Source: Coprobacillaceae bacterium
GTDB taxonomy: Bacteria; Bacillota_I; Bacilli_A; Erysipelotrichales; Coprobacillaceae
Assembly: GCA_963675515.1 (NCBI GenBank)
Contig: OY776328.1
Coordinates: 450,001-482,000 of the forward strand
Length of the DNA stretch: 32,000 nucleotides
Direction of reading: 5' to 3'
This document shows positions 17,506-25,947 of the stretch, one piece after another. Position numbers and translations under genes: made by a program. How positions within the stretch are numbered: the first letter of the stretch is position 1; each line of letters begins with the position of its first letter. The notes under the pieces were generated by a model, which was not told the origin of the DNA, ran no database searches, and saw only the letters and a program-made list of their open reading frames with translations.

Positions 17506-19482
17506 TCAAGGCAATTTTGCTTTTAAATAGCTGGTGAATGCATAATCCAGGTCGTTGATAAAGACATCGATCAACTCCGGTGAATCGATAACCTTGTAGA
17601 GGTCGTTCAGGACGGCCTTGGTTTCGATCGGGTTATCCATGTTCATGACAATCATGAATATGAGCGAGACTTGATTCTTGTTCCACAGCACGGGCTCTTT
17701 CAATGAAGCGATGGCTATGGTGTTCTTGATTATGTAGTCGCATTTGCCATGCGGGATGGCAATCAGTTTGCCGATATCCGTAGAAAGTATGTTTTCCCTG
17801 TCGATCACCGACTGCTGATAGTTTGCGGTGACATAGCCTTGCTCAAACAGCCTTTGGGTGATAAATCGCAATGATTCATCCTTTGTTGAACAATCCAGGC
17901 CGGGAAAATACAGGTGGCTGTCGATGACTTTGGCCAACGAACTGAGTGTCAGGTTGTCCAGTGATCTAAAATTGCTTACCATGTAGTCATTGATGGCATT
18001 GATGTCATATTGGGAAATGAATGATGAAACGATCATCACGGGGATTTTCACATCCTCCAGGGGAGTGGTGGAAATAATGAAGTCGGCGTTTTTCAGGTCA
18101 AGAGTGTCAATCTGGTTCTTGGCGACAATTCCCAGAATGTTGACTGATGGAATATATCGTTGGATTCGGTTGACGATCAGCCTGGAGAATCCGATTCCTT
18201 CGGGACATACAACATATATGTTCTTCTTTCCGATTTTCCTTTCAAGGGCGGCTTGGAAATGGATCGTGATGAACCCGATCTCATCTTCATTGGACTCGAT
18301 CCTGTTCTCAAAGATGTGTTCGAACGAAAGGCATATTATGGAGTACAAGGCCGAATATTGCGCCTTTATCTCCCTGAGCAATGGGTTGGCTATTTTTACC
18401 TTATATTTGGCACGTTGGAGCATCGGTTTGTAGTGTGATAAAAGTGAATAAATCAATTCACTATCGTCGCTAAGTTCGATTCCGATGGAATCGCAGACGT
18501 ATTTTATTGTCTTCATTACAAGCTCGCTGGTTGCCTGGTCATACTGGTTGTAGGTTGTTTGAACTTCCAGCGAAGCCAGGTTCGACTGGATTCCAGAACA
18601 GATCAGGTATTGGCTGATATAGCTTATTTCACTTACAGGAATGACTATTGTAAACAAAGTGGCTATACTGCTCGATATGAATTTTGCCGCAGACTGGACG
18701 TTTTGTTCGGCTTTGTCGTAAATCTGGGAAATATCGTCATCGCTCATGAAGTTGTCTATTTTTATCCGCTTGATCAATACAAGTATATGGGTAACCAGGT
18801 TGACATAGGAAAGGTAGTTAATCTTGTATCCCAGGATCTTTTCGCTCTCGATAATTATCGCCTCGACATCGTTGAGATTGTCGATTTCAAAAATGTTTTC
18901 CAAGCGGTAGTAGGTAGACAGGTCCAGTCTGGTGTTGAATGCGGCCTCAAGGGAAAAATCATCAATCTCCAGATTCATGAATTCGCTGGCCAAATCGGAC
19001 AGGGCTTTTCTGAAATCGGGTTCATCCCCAATGATTCGCGTTCCCTTATTGTCTCTTAAAAGCTGTAAATTGAACCTTTTGATATATTCTTCAACATAGC
19101 CAAAATCATGGACAATGCTTGTCTTGGAAACCAAAAACTCTTCTGAGAGGATATTAAGAGAGGTGTTTTCCCGGCGATATAGAAGACGACTCAAGATCTT
19201 CATCCGGCGGATTCTCGTCGAGAGCATACTGGTGTTCTCGCTGCTTAGGTCAAAACTCACCAATAGCGCCTGTCTTTGGCGGGATGAAGCCTGAAGCATC
19301 ACCCCGACTCCGGGCTTCTTGACAATCTGGACGTTGTCATCATCGATGCTGGATGCGATTGTATCCAGATCATTGTGGATGGTGCGCAGTGAGACGCTTA
19401 AAGAAGTGGCCAGATCTTTGGCGTTGATGTATTCGGTTTTCTTGATAAGGATATTGATGATTTGTTTCTGCCGCAGATTCAT
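17506..19482 (-). CDS. PRD-domain PTS-controlled transcriptional regulator (MtlR/LicR/ManR-like: HTH-PRD-PRD-EIIB-like-EIIA-like)
   Basis: N-terminal HTH (NAKDLATSLSVSLRTIHNDLDTI). It has central PRD-type repeats and an EIIB-like Cys segment (IYVVCPEGIGFSRL). The C-terminal EIIA(Mtl/Fru)-like domain carries IAIPHGK. Start is set at ATG 19482 (AGGAGG 8 nt upstream); the ORF-track start 19491 is a GTG that begins at the last base of the AGGAGG. Confidence 0.85.
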   Translation of the reverse strand: MNLRQKQIINILIKKTEYINAKDLATSLSVSLRTIHNDLDTIASSIDDDNVQIVKKPGVGVMLQASSRQRQALLVSFDLSSENTSMLSTRIRRMKILSRLLYRRENTSLNILSEEFLVSKTSIVHDFGYVEEYIKRFNLQLLRDNKGTRIIGDEPDFRKALSDLASEFMNLEIDDFSLEAAFNTRLDLSTYYRLENIFEIDNLNDVEAIIIESEKILGYKINYLSYVNLVTHILVLIKRIKIDNFMSDDDISQIYDKAEQNVQSAAKFISSSIATLFTIVIPVSEISYISQYLICSGIQSNLASLEVQTTYNQYDQATSELVMKTIKYVCDSIGIELSDDSELIYSLLSHYKPMLQRAKYKVKIANPLLREIKAQYSALYSIICLSFEHIFENRIESNEDEIGFITIHFQAALERKIGKKNIYVVCPEGIGFSRLIVNRIQRYIPSVNILGIVAKNQIDTLDLKNADFIISTTPLEDVKIPVMIVSSFISQYDINAINDYMVSNFRSLDNLTLSSLAKVIDSHLYFPGLDCSTKDESLRFITQRLFEQGYVTANYQQSVIDRENILSTDIGKLIAIPHGKCDYIIKNTIAIASLKEPVLWNKNQVSLIFMIVMNMDNPIETKAVLNDLYKVIDSPELIDVFINDLDYAFTSYLKAKLP

Positions 19483-19565
19483 AAAATTCACCTCCTTGTT
19501 TGTTGCATCTATTATAATATTAACGCAAATTTCAATTTCAATGAATCATTTTTTATTGGTAGCAG

Positions 19566-19592
19566 GAAAAAACACTCGAAAGAGTGTTTTTA
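19566..19592 (-). terminator. Rho-independent terminator after the PTS EIIC gene
   Basis: aacactc (19571-19577) / gagtgtt (19582-19588) form the stem with a GAAA/TTTC loop. A- and T-tracts flank it on both sides, and it overlaps the EIIC stop codon (19590-19592). Confidence 0.8.
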
Positions 19593-20658
19593 CTTGGCGG
19601 GAGCCTCGATATCTTTTTTCAAGAAAAACATCAAAGCGACAACAGTGGCCACTCCAGCTAGAACGGCAATGATGTACATCAAGACATTCCCGACAACCGG
19701 CAATACTACCAGCCCCCCATGAGGAGCGGCGTTGGTGCAACCGGCCAAACCGGCAATTACGGCTCCCACTGATGATCCAATCATGATAGAAGGGATGACC
19801 CGCACCGGGTCGCCGGCTGCAAATGGAATTGCGCCTTCGGTAATACCGATCAGCCCCATAACCGCCGAAGCCTTTCCGGTTTCCCTTTCGGCTTCACTGA
19901 ATTTTTTCTTCAACAAAATCGATGCAATTCCCATTCCAATCGGAGGAACGCATATGGCAACGCCGGTCATACCCATAACGCTGGTATTGCCTGAAGCAAC
20001 CAGGGCGGCTGCGGTACCGAATGCCACTTTGTTTACCGGACCACCCATATCGAAGGCAATTGCATCCGATTGCGATTCCTAACAATACCATGCATCCGAT
20101 TGCGATTCCTAACAATACCACAGAACCTCCGGTCAATGATGAGAGCCATGATTCCAATCCTCCTACGGCCCCACCAAGAGGAGCTGCAAGCAAATAGATG
20201 TAGACCAGACCGACAACGACTGCAGATATGATCGGTATAATCAGTATTGGCATTACTGGTTTGATATAACGGTGAACCTTCCATTTCTTGATCCAGTTGG
20301 CCAGTAGTCCGGCAGCCACGCCAAGGATTATTCCTCCCAGAAAGCCAGTTTTCACGCCGCTTTCACCGATTGGATTATTTGCAAGGTAACCACAAACAAG
20401 ACCTGGCGCCAGACCGGGACGTCCAGCTATTGAATAGGCGATGTAGCCAGCCAGGACAGGAACCATCAGACCGAAGGCGGCAACACCGATCGTTAAAATG
20501 TTGTTCCAGAAGGGGCTGGTGACTTCCATCCCGTTGGCACCGGCGGTTCCGGTTGCCAAGGCAAAGGCGATACAGATACCACCCACAGTAACCATTGGTA
20601 TCATGTAAGATACCCCGGTCAGAAGGTGATTTTTCAATTCTTTAAAAAAATCTTTCAT
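19590..20658 (-). pseudogene. PTS fructose-family EIIC component, disrupted (frameshift next to a 30-bp tandem duplication)
   Basis: Two ORFs cover the gene. ORF 20658..19894 holds the N-terminal TM region. ORF 20048..19590 holds the conserved DMGGPVNKVAFGTAAAL... C-terminal half in a different frame. Together they are about 355 aa, typical of a stand-alone Fru-type EIIC. AAGGAG precedes ATG 20658. Confidence 0.8.
20061..20120. repeat. Perfect 30-bp direct tandem duplication inside EIIC
   Basis: tgcatccgattgcgattcctaacaatacca occurs at 20061-20090 and again, identically, at 20091-20120. Confidence 0.97.
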
Positions 20659-20682
20659 TTTCTTCTCCTTTTATCTACAGGC

Positions 20683-20997
20683 TTAGCTGTTTTCGATCTG
20701 CGCAACCACATCACTGATGACTTTTTCCGTATTGGCGATGCAATCGCCAATAGACTTGCGGATGATTATTTTGTCATCAAATCGTTCAATTCCTTCGACG
20801 GCGACTTCCACCGCCAGCAAAACCACATCGGCTTCCATTATTTCCTTTTTCGACAGTTCGTTTTCGATGCCGATTGACCCTTGAGTTTCAATGTGACATA
20901 CGTGGCCCATTTCCCTGGCCTTTTTCTCTAAGGCTTCTTGAGCCATGTAAGTGTGGGCGATTCCGGTTGGACATGCAGTAATTCCGACAATTTTCAT
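20683..20997 (-). CDS. PTS fructose-family EIIB component
   Basis: 104 aa starting MKIVGITACPTGIAHTYMAQEAL, with the active-site Cys in the canonical Fru-EIIB context. AGGAGG lies upstream. Confidence 0.9.
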   Translation of the reverse strand: MKIVGITACPTGIAHTYMAQEALEKKAREMGHVCHIETQGSIGIENELSKKEIMEADVVLLAVEVAVEGIERFDDKIIIRKSIGDCIANTEKVISDVVAQIENS

Positions 20998-21009
20998 TAT
21001 TATCTCCTC

Positions 21010-21435
21010 CTATATCTGCAACAAATTGTAAGCTTCGTCTTTTCCGCTTTCGAGCAAGGCTTGACGGAATGTTTCATCAAGCAGCTTCTTTGAAAGTGCG
21101 GCAATTATTTTCATGTGAGTCTCGCTGCGGTTTGCCAGCGGAACTCCTATCATGAATATCATACGGACCTGATTTTGATCCCAAGAGATTTCCTTGGCGG
21201 TCCGGGCGAAAATGACAAACGGTTCCTTGACGGCATCGCTTTGCCCGTGGGGCATGGCGATCGACATGCCCAAGGCGGTTGAAAATTCCGCCTCGCGATG
21301 ATAGATGGCGTCTTTGAATGTTTCCAAGTCGCTGATCTTCTTTTCCCGGTAAGCCAAGTCAACCAATTGGCTGATGATCTCGTCCTTTGATGTCGCCTTG
21401 TTGTCAAGACTGATTAATTCCTTCGTAGTTAACAT
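21010..21435 (-). CDS. PTS EIIA component (fructose/mannitol EIIA-2 family)
   Basis: 141 aa with the EIIA-2 pattern, including the phosphorylatable His in SIAMPHGQSD and the later WDQNQVRMIFMIGVP. Confidence 0.88.
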   Translation of the reverse strand: MLTTKELISLDNKATSKDEIISQLVDLAYREKKISDLETFKDAIYHREAEFSTALGMSIAMPHGQSDAVKEPFVIFARTAKEISWDQNQVRMIFMIGVPLANRSETHMKIIAALSKKLLDETFRQALLESGKDEAYNLLQI

Positions 21436-21461
21436 TGTCTTCTCTTCCTTTCTACACGTCT

Positions 21462-21470
21462 ATCATAGCA
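21462..21470 (-). promoter_or_regulatory. Candidate extended -10 (TGcTATGAT) of the PTS operon promoter
   Basis: The minus strand reads ggTGcTATGATag about 27 nt upstream of the EIIA ATG. There is no good -35, consistent with an activator-dependent promoter. Confidence 0.35.
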
Positions 21471-21491
21471 CCAGGTTTTTTCAAGGAATAT

Positions 21492-21506
21492 AACAAGCGA
21501 TTGCAA
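21492..21506. promoter_or_regulatory. cre-like (CcpA catabolite-responsive element) candidate
   Basis: The minus strand TTGCAATCGCTTGTT matches WTGNAANCGNWNNCW at all but one specified position. It lies in the -35 region of the putative PTS promoter. Confidence 0.25.
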
Positions 21507-21530
21507 CATATAATTGTATTTTTGGAATAC

Positions 21531-21555
21531 GTTGTTACCTGTGACTTGTTGTAAC
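21531..21555. promoter_or_regulatory. Repeat element upstream of the PTS promoter (candidate operator of the PRD regulator)
   Basis: In GTTGTTACctgtgacTTGTTGTAAC, the direct repeats are TTGTTAC and TTGTTGTAAC. The inverted 5-mers GTTAC/GTAAC lie about 65-95 bp upstream of the putative -10. Confidence 0.3.
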
Positions 21556-21597
21556 GGAATAAGACAGGCATGGTGCCAGCTGTTCGGGTCGCTCATG

Positions 21598-21649
21598 AAA
21601 AAACGACATCATGGCCGTGAACCTCAGGTTCATTTGGCGATAATGTCGT
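21598..21649 (-). terminator. Terminator-like compound hairpin after the first Fe-ADH gene
   Basis: On the minus strand, acgacat...atgtcgt (7 bp) encloses an inner tgaacc/ggttca hairpin. It is followed by TTTTT and starts 9 nt after the stop codon. Confidence 0.4.
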
Positions 21650-21657
21650 CATGTTTT

Positions 21658-22764
21658 CTAATATGCGTTTTTGTAGATGGTAAGAAGCGACTCGAAGCTC
21701 ATTGGGATATGGGAGTTTGCCAAAAGCCGGATTTGATTTGTCTGGACCGACTCCACAAACTCGAACAACTCGACTTCGTTTGCGATGTATTCGCTAAGGC
21801 TTTTAAGAGGCAGGATCTTCTCCAGAAGATTCCCAAGCGAACTTAGCGAAACATCACTCGAACACCCTAACAGGTTCCCCAACCGGACCTTTAGTTCCTG
21901 CAGGGCCGGCTTGTTGGATTTATCGTCATAATAATTCAGGACACTCATCAAGAGGCTGTAGTTGCTTTCGCCATGGGCCACATGGTATTTTGCCCCGAGT
22001 GGGTAGCTTAACGCATGGACCGTTGCGCATCCGGCGTTGTCGAATGCGATTCCCGCACATGTTGAGGCAATCAGGAAATCCTTGAGGTATGCCTTTCTTG
22101 TTTCTGGCTTTTGCTGGATTGCCAGATAGCCTTTTATGATAAGTTCAATTGCCTGAATTGAATATGACTTCGAAAAGAATGTTGCCTTTGGCGACAGGAA
22201 TGACTCGATTGCGTGGACCAATGCGTCCAGTGAGCTTGTCGCAAAGACATAGTCCGGCAGCGTTTCGATCAGCTCGGGAATGATGGCTACCTCGTTGGCA
22301 TAAAGCTCGCGAGTCGCCAATCCTTTTTTTGTGTTGATCGATGTCAGCTCGAGAATGGAAATACCGGTGACTTCGCTTCCTGTCCCACAAGTGGTCGATA
22401 CCATTATTGATTCCTTGTTTTTTCTCACTGGAGCTGTACCTTGGAACAGCGGCGTTATCGGGTAGCTGTTTTGCAAAGCGAACAATTTGGCCACATCCAG
22501 GATGGTTCCACCCCCGATGCCGATCACCCGGTCGTATGATCTTCCGCTTAATGATCTTGAGATCGCATCGACCAGCTTGTCGCTTGGTTCCCCGCTTCCG
22601 AATTCATAAAGGTCGACAAGGATCGCGTCGCAAGAGGCGAAATACTTGTCCAGAATCAGCTTGTTGGAAATGATCAGATCCTCAGGAGAGATTTTCTTGC
22701 TTGAGAAGAACTCCTGGAAGCTGTCATACATGTATATGGTCGGTGTTATCTTGAATTGCTCCAT
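21658..22764 (-). CDS. Iron-containing alcohol dehydrogenase, 4-hydroxybutyrate-dehydrogenase-like
   Basis: Fe-ADH motifs are GIGGGTILDVAKL, TTCGTGSEVT, and metal-site His in DALVHAIE and VHALSYPLGAKYHVAHGESN. From memory, its overall pattern (GEPSD, TKKG, AGIAFDNAG, the C-terminal RLL..N....S.E....IYK.AY) resembles Clostridium 4-hydroxybutyrate dehydrogenases. The ATG is 2 nt after the aminotransferase stop. Confidence 0.8.
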   Translation of the reverse strand: MEQFKITPTIYMYDSFQEFFSSKKISPEDLIISNKLILDKYFASCDAILVDLYEFGSGEPSDKLVDAISRSLSGRSYDRVIGIGGGTILDVAKLFALQNSYPITPLFQGTAPVRKNKESIMVSTTCGTGSEVTGISILELTSINTKKGLATRELYANEVAIIPELIETLPDYVFATSSLDALVHAIESFLSPKATFFSKSYSIQAIELIIKGYLAIQQKPETRKAYLKDFLIASTCAGIAFDNAGCATVHALSYPLGAKYHVAHGESNYSLLMSVLNYYDDKSNKPALQELKVRLGNLLGCSSDVSLSSLGNLLEKILPLKSLSEYIANEVELFEFVESVQTNQIRLLANSHIPMSFESLLTIYKNAY

Positions 22765-22766
22765 AA

Positions 22767-24119
22767 TTAAATTACCTCTTTGATTGCAGCTTCGATGATG
22801 TCCAATCCGGATTCAAGCTGTTCGTCAGTGATGACCAGAGGTGCCAGGAAGCGAAGGACATGGGAATATGTACCGGCTGATTCGATAAGCAAACCATGGT
22901 TGTAACAGTATTTGATGATGGCATCTGCCGCCTGCGGGTTTGGTTTTTTTGTTTCCTGATCGGTTACGATTTCCAGTCCGATCATCGCACCCATTCCGCG
23001 GACATCACCGACTATGCCGTATTTGGCAATGAATTCTTGATAGCGTCCAGTCACCTTGTCGCCGATTTTCTGTGATTTTTTGGCGAAGTCGTCACGTTCC
23101 ATTATTTCGATCACCTTCAAGGCGGCGGCACAACTCAGGGCGTTGCCTCCATATGTTCCGCCGATTGTTCCCTTGATTACCTTGCTGGTGATTTCCTTGT
23201 TGGCGATCACGGCCGATAGAGGCAGACCGGCTGCGATTGATTTGGCAACGGTGATGATGTCTGGGATGACTCCAATTTCCTTGAAATACTCGCTTGCGAA
23301 CATTTTCCCGGTCCGGCAGAATCCGGCCTGGACTTCGTCGACGATCAGCAGGATGCCGTGTTCGTCGCAGATTTTCTTGACTCCCTTGATCCATTCAAAG
23401 TCGGCTGGAATGAACCCGCCTTCTCCTTGAAGCGGTTCAAGAATGAATGCCGCAACTTCACTTGGCAACACAGCTTCCTCGAAAAGTTCATGGATGCTGT
23501 CAAGACATTGTTGGATGTAATCGTCTTTGGTCAGGTTGCTGTCTTTTTGATATAAATAAGGATATTGGGCCCTGAACACTCCTGGGGCATCGGCACCGAT
23601 ACCTTTTGAGTAGGCTTTTTTCGCGGTAAGGGTCATGGTCATCAATGTGCGGCCATGGAATGCCCGTGAGAAGCAGATGACATTCTTTCTGCCGGTGTAG
23701 CTTTTGGCAATCTTGACCGCATTTTCATTGGCTTCGGCACCTGATGTCGCAAAGAATGTCTGATGCTGATCACCAGCCACTGGCGCGATATCATTAAGTT
23801 TGGCTGCCAAATCCAGATATTGCTTGTGAGTGGTGATGTTGAACATCGAGTGGAAGAACTGTTCGCTTTGGCTCTTTACCGCTTCGATGATTTCCGGATG
23901 CGAATAACCGATATTCAACACACCCACACCGCCGATGAAATCCAGGAAGATATTCCCGTCGTAATCCTCGATCATGGCTCCGGCTCCGCGTTTTATTGTG
24001 ACAGGGTACATAGTTCCGACCGCCTGAGGGGCCACCTCGGCTCTTTGGGCGAACATTTCTCTGGACACAGGTCCAGGCAGTTCGGTTTTGATAGTTGGCA
24101 ACAATTTATACAAGTTCAT
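22767..24119 (-). CDS. Class-III PLP aminotransferase, 4-aminobutyrate (GabT)-like
   Basis: 450 aa with SGAEANENAVKIAK, EPLQGEGGF and DEVQAGFCRTGKMFA. The PLP-Lys context is TVAKSIAAGLPLSAV. AGGAGGG lies upstream. Confidence 0.85.
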   Translation of the reverse strand: MNLYKLLPTIKTELPGPVSREMFAQRAEVAPQAVGTMYPVTIKRGAGAMIEDYDGNIFLDFIGGVGVLNIGYSHPEIIEAVKSQSEQFFHSMFNITTHKQYLDLAAKLNDIAPVAGDQHQTFFATSGAEANENAVKIAKSYTGRKNVICFSRAFHGRTLMTMTLTAKKAYSKGIGADAPGVFRAQYPYLYQKDSNLTKDDYIQQCLDSIHELFEEAVLPSEVAAFILEPLQGEGGFIPADFEWIKGVKKICDEHGILLIVDEVQAGFCRTGKMFASEYFKEIGVIPDIITVAKSIAAGLPLSAVIANKEITSKVIKGTIGGTYGGNALSCAAALKVIEIMERDDFAKKSQKIGDKVTGRYQEFIAKYGIVGDVRGMGAMIGLEIVTDQETKKPNPQAADAIIKYCYNHGLLIESAGTYSHVLRFLAPLVITDEQLESGLDIIEAAIKEVI

Positions 24120-24394
24120 CTTGATTCCCTCCTGATATTTTTTTATAATTATAATAAATAATTCTTGGATTTATTATACATCACAGTTATAATAAGTAAA
24201 TAGTTACTGAGCCTATAAAATTCTATGCCAAATGCACAAAGATATTATCGATTGTTTTTTTGCTTCCATAATATTTTATAGGGTCAGTCGAAAAGAGAGG
24301 CGGTTTGGAATTGTGAAATGTATCAGTTAAGGCGGAAAAACAACTTTTGGATGCTGTTGTGCTCGGGCACAAACAAAATTGGACAAACAGCCTA

Positions 24395-24423
24395 TAGCTT
24401 TTTTGCTGCAGGCTTAATATAAT
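24395..24423 (+). promoter_or_regulatory. Candidate promoter of the plus-strand ABC/aminotransferase operon
   Basis: -35 TAGCTT (weak), 17-nt spacer, -10 TATAAT (24418-24423). Confidence 0.35.
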
Positions 24424-24490
24424 GGTGGCAGTTAGTATATGATAAAAAATTATTATCTCAATAAAAATAGAGCGGCAGGAGGAATTTGGG

Positions 24491-25219
24491 ATGGCACTAC
24501 TAGAAGTAAAGAAGCTTGAAAAGAGCTTCGGTGATTTGAAAGTATTAAAGGATATATCAACTTCCATCGATGAAGGAGAGGTTTTGGTTCTGATCGGACC
24601 TTCGGGTTCGGGTAAATCGACATTCCTGAGATGTCTTAATCTGCTGGAGACGCCAAGCAGCGGACAAATCATCTATGATGGCAAGAACATCCTGGAAAAG
24701 AATTTCAACGTGATGAAATACCGCCAGGAAGTGGGGATGTGTTTCCAGCGGTTCAATCTCTTCCCGATGATGACGGTTCTAGAAAATGTCTGCTACGCTC
24801 CGATCCATCTGTTGAAAATGGACAAGCATCAAGCGCATAAGGAAGCTCTTGAGCTGCTGGGGAAAGTCGGACTGTCCGACAAGGCCAATGTCTATCCGGC
24901 AACACTTTCCGGCGGGCAGCAACAGCGGGTGGCTATTGCAAGAGCCTTGGCCATGAAACCCAAAATAATCCTGTTCGATGAACCGACAAGCGCACTGGAC
25001 CCGGAACTGGTCGGGGAAGTGTTGAAGGTAATGAAGGATCTGGCCAACGAGGGAATGACAATGGCGGTAGTTACCCACGAGATGGGATTTGCCAAAGATG
25101 TTGCTGACCGGGTTATCTTCATGGAAGGTGGATACATTATCGAGGATTCGACGCCTAGTGAAATATTCACGAATCCAAAAAATCCCCGTACCAAAGAATT
25201 CTTATCAAGGGTGTTATAG
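24491..25219 (+). CDS. Polar amino-acid ABC transporter ATP-binding protein
   Basis: Walker [10 protein letters not shown], signature [15 protein letters not shown], Walker [13 protein letters not shown]-loop VTHEM. AGGAGG lies 8 nt upstream. Confidence 0.93.
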   Translation: MALLEVKKLEKSFGDLKVLKDISTSIDEGEVLVLIGPSGSGKSTFLRCLNLLETPSSGQIIYDGKNILEKNFNVMKYRQEVGMCFQRFNLFPMMTVLENVCYAPIHLLKMDKHQAHKEALELLGKVGLSDKANVYPATLSGGQQQRVAIARALAMKPKIILFDEPTSALDPELVGEVLKVMKDLANEGMTMAVVTHEMGFAKDVADRVIFMEGGYIIEDSTPSEIFTNPKNPRTKEFLSRVL

Positions 25220-25231
25220 GAGGAGCTGACG

Positions 25232-25945
25232 ATGAATTCACTTACAAATTTGAACTTTGAAAAGGCGCTGACGGAGCTGTTGCCAAAACTGTTCCCGAAT
25301 GCTTTCATGATCGTAATGATCGTTACAATACTGGGGTTCTCCCTGGCAATCGTCCTGGGATTCCTTATCGCCCTGGCCAAATTCACAAGAGTCAAGCTCT
25401 TGAATGTCCTGCTGGGAGCTTTCACGGAAGTTGTCCGGGGGACGCCACTGCTGGTACAGCTGGTCTACATCTACTATGTAATGCCATTGATCCTGGAGAT
25501 GTTGCTAAGCCTGGTTGGGATTGACATCAGGATCTCAATCTCAGCCGTGCAAGCCGGGGTCATCGGATTCATGATCAACTATGGGACATACTTGTCTGAG
25601 GTCATCCGTTCAGCCATCATGGCGATCGACGACGGTCAGCGTGAAGCGGCATTGGCCCTGGGGTTCTCGCCTAGAATGGCGATGCTAAGAATCGTGATTC
25701 CTCAGGCATTCAGGAACAGCATTCCGGTTTTCGGGAATTACCTGGTAATGTTGGTTAAGGACACCTCTTTGATGGCGTATATAGCGGCGCAGGAATTCCT
25801 GATCACAACCAAGGCATACACGGCCCAGACCTTCCTGACAATCGAATCATACACGATTCTTGCGGGTGTTTATCTGATCATCTGTATCCCACTGGCATCG
25901 GGAGTTAAATATATCGAAAGAAGACTGAATGTAAGCAGGAGATAA
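25232..25945 (+). CDS. Polar amino-acid ABC transporter permease
   Basis: Multi-TM protein with the EAA loop REAALALGFSPRMAMLRIVIPQAFRNSIPVFGNY. Confidence 0.9.
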   Translation: MNSLTNLNFEKALTELLPKLFPNAFMIVMIVTILGFSLAIVLGFLIALAKFTRVKLLNVLLGAFTEVVRGTPLLVQLVYIYYVMPLILEMLLSLVGIDIRISISAVQAGVIGFMINYGTYLSEVIRSAIMAIDDGQREAALALGFSPRMAMLRIVIPQAFRNSIPVFGNYLVMLVKDTSLMAYIAAQEFLITTKAYTAQTFLTIESYTILAGVYLIICIPLASGVKYIERRLNVSRR

Positions 25946-25947
25946 TT

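Noticed and set aside
20040-20125. Programmed frameshift or reversible phase-variation switch in EIIC
   Set aside because: There is no slippery heptamer or stimulatory structure. Precise loss of one 30-bp copy keeps the halves out of frame, so simple repeat collapse cannot act as an ON switch. A pseudogene or a sequencing artefact is the simpler explanation.
24120-24490. T-box or known riboswitch upstream of the second ABC operon
   Set aside because: There is no T-box sequence (GGTGGNACCGCG-like), specifier-loop architecture or terminator/antiterminator pair. There are no conserved cores of glycine, lysine, SAM, guanidine or purine riboswitches that I can recognise.
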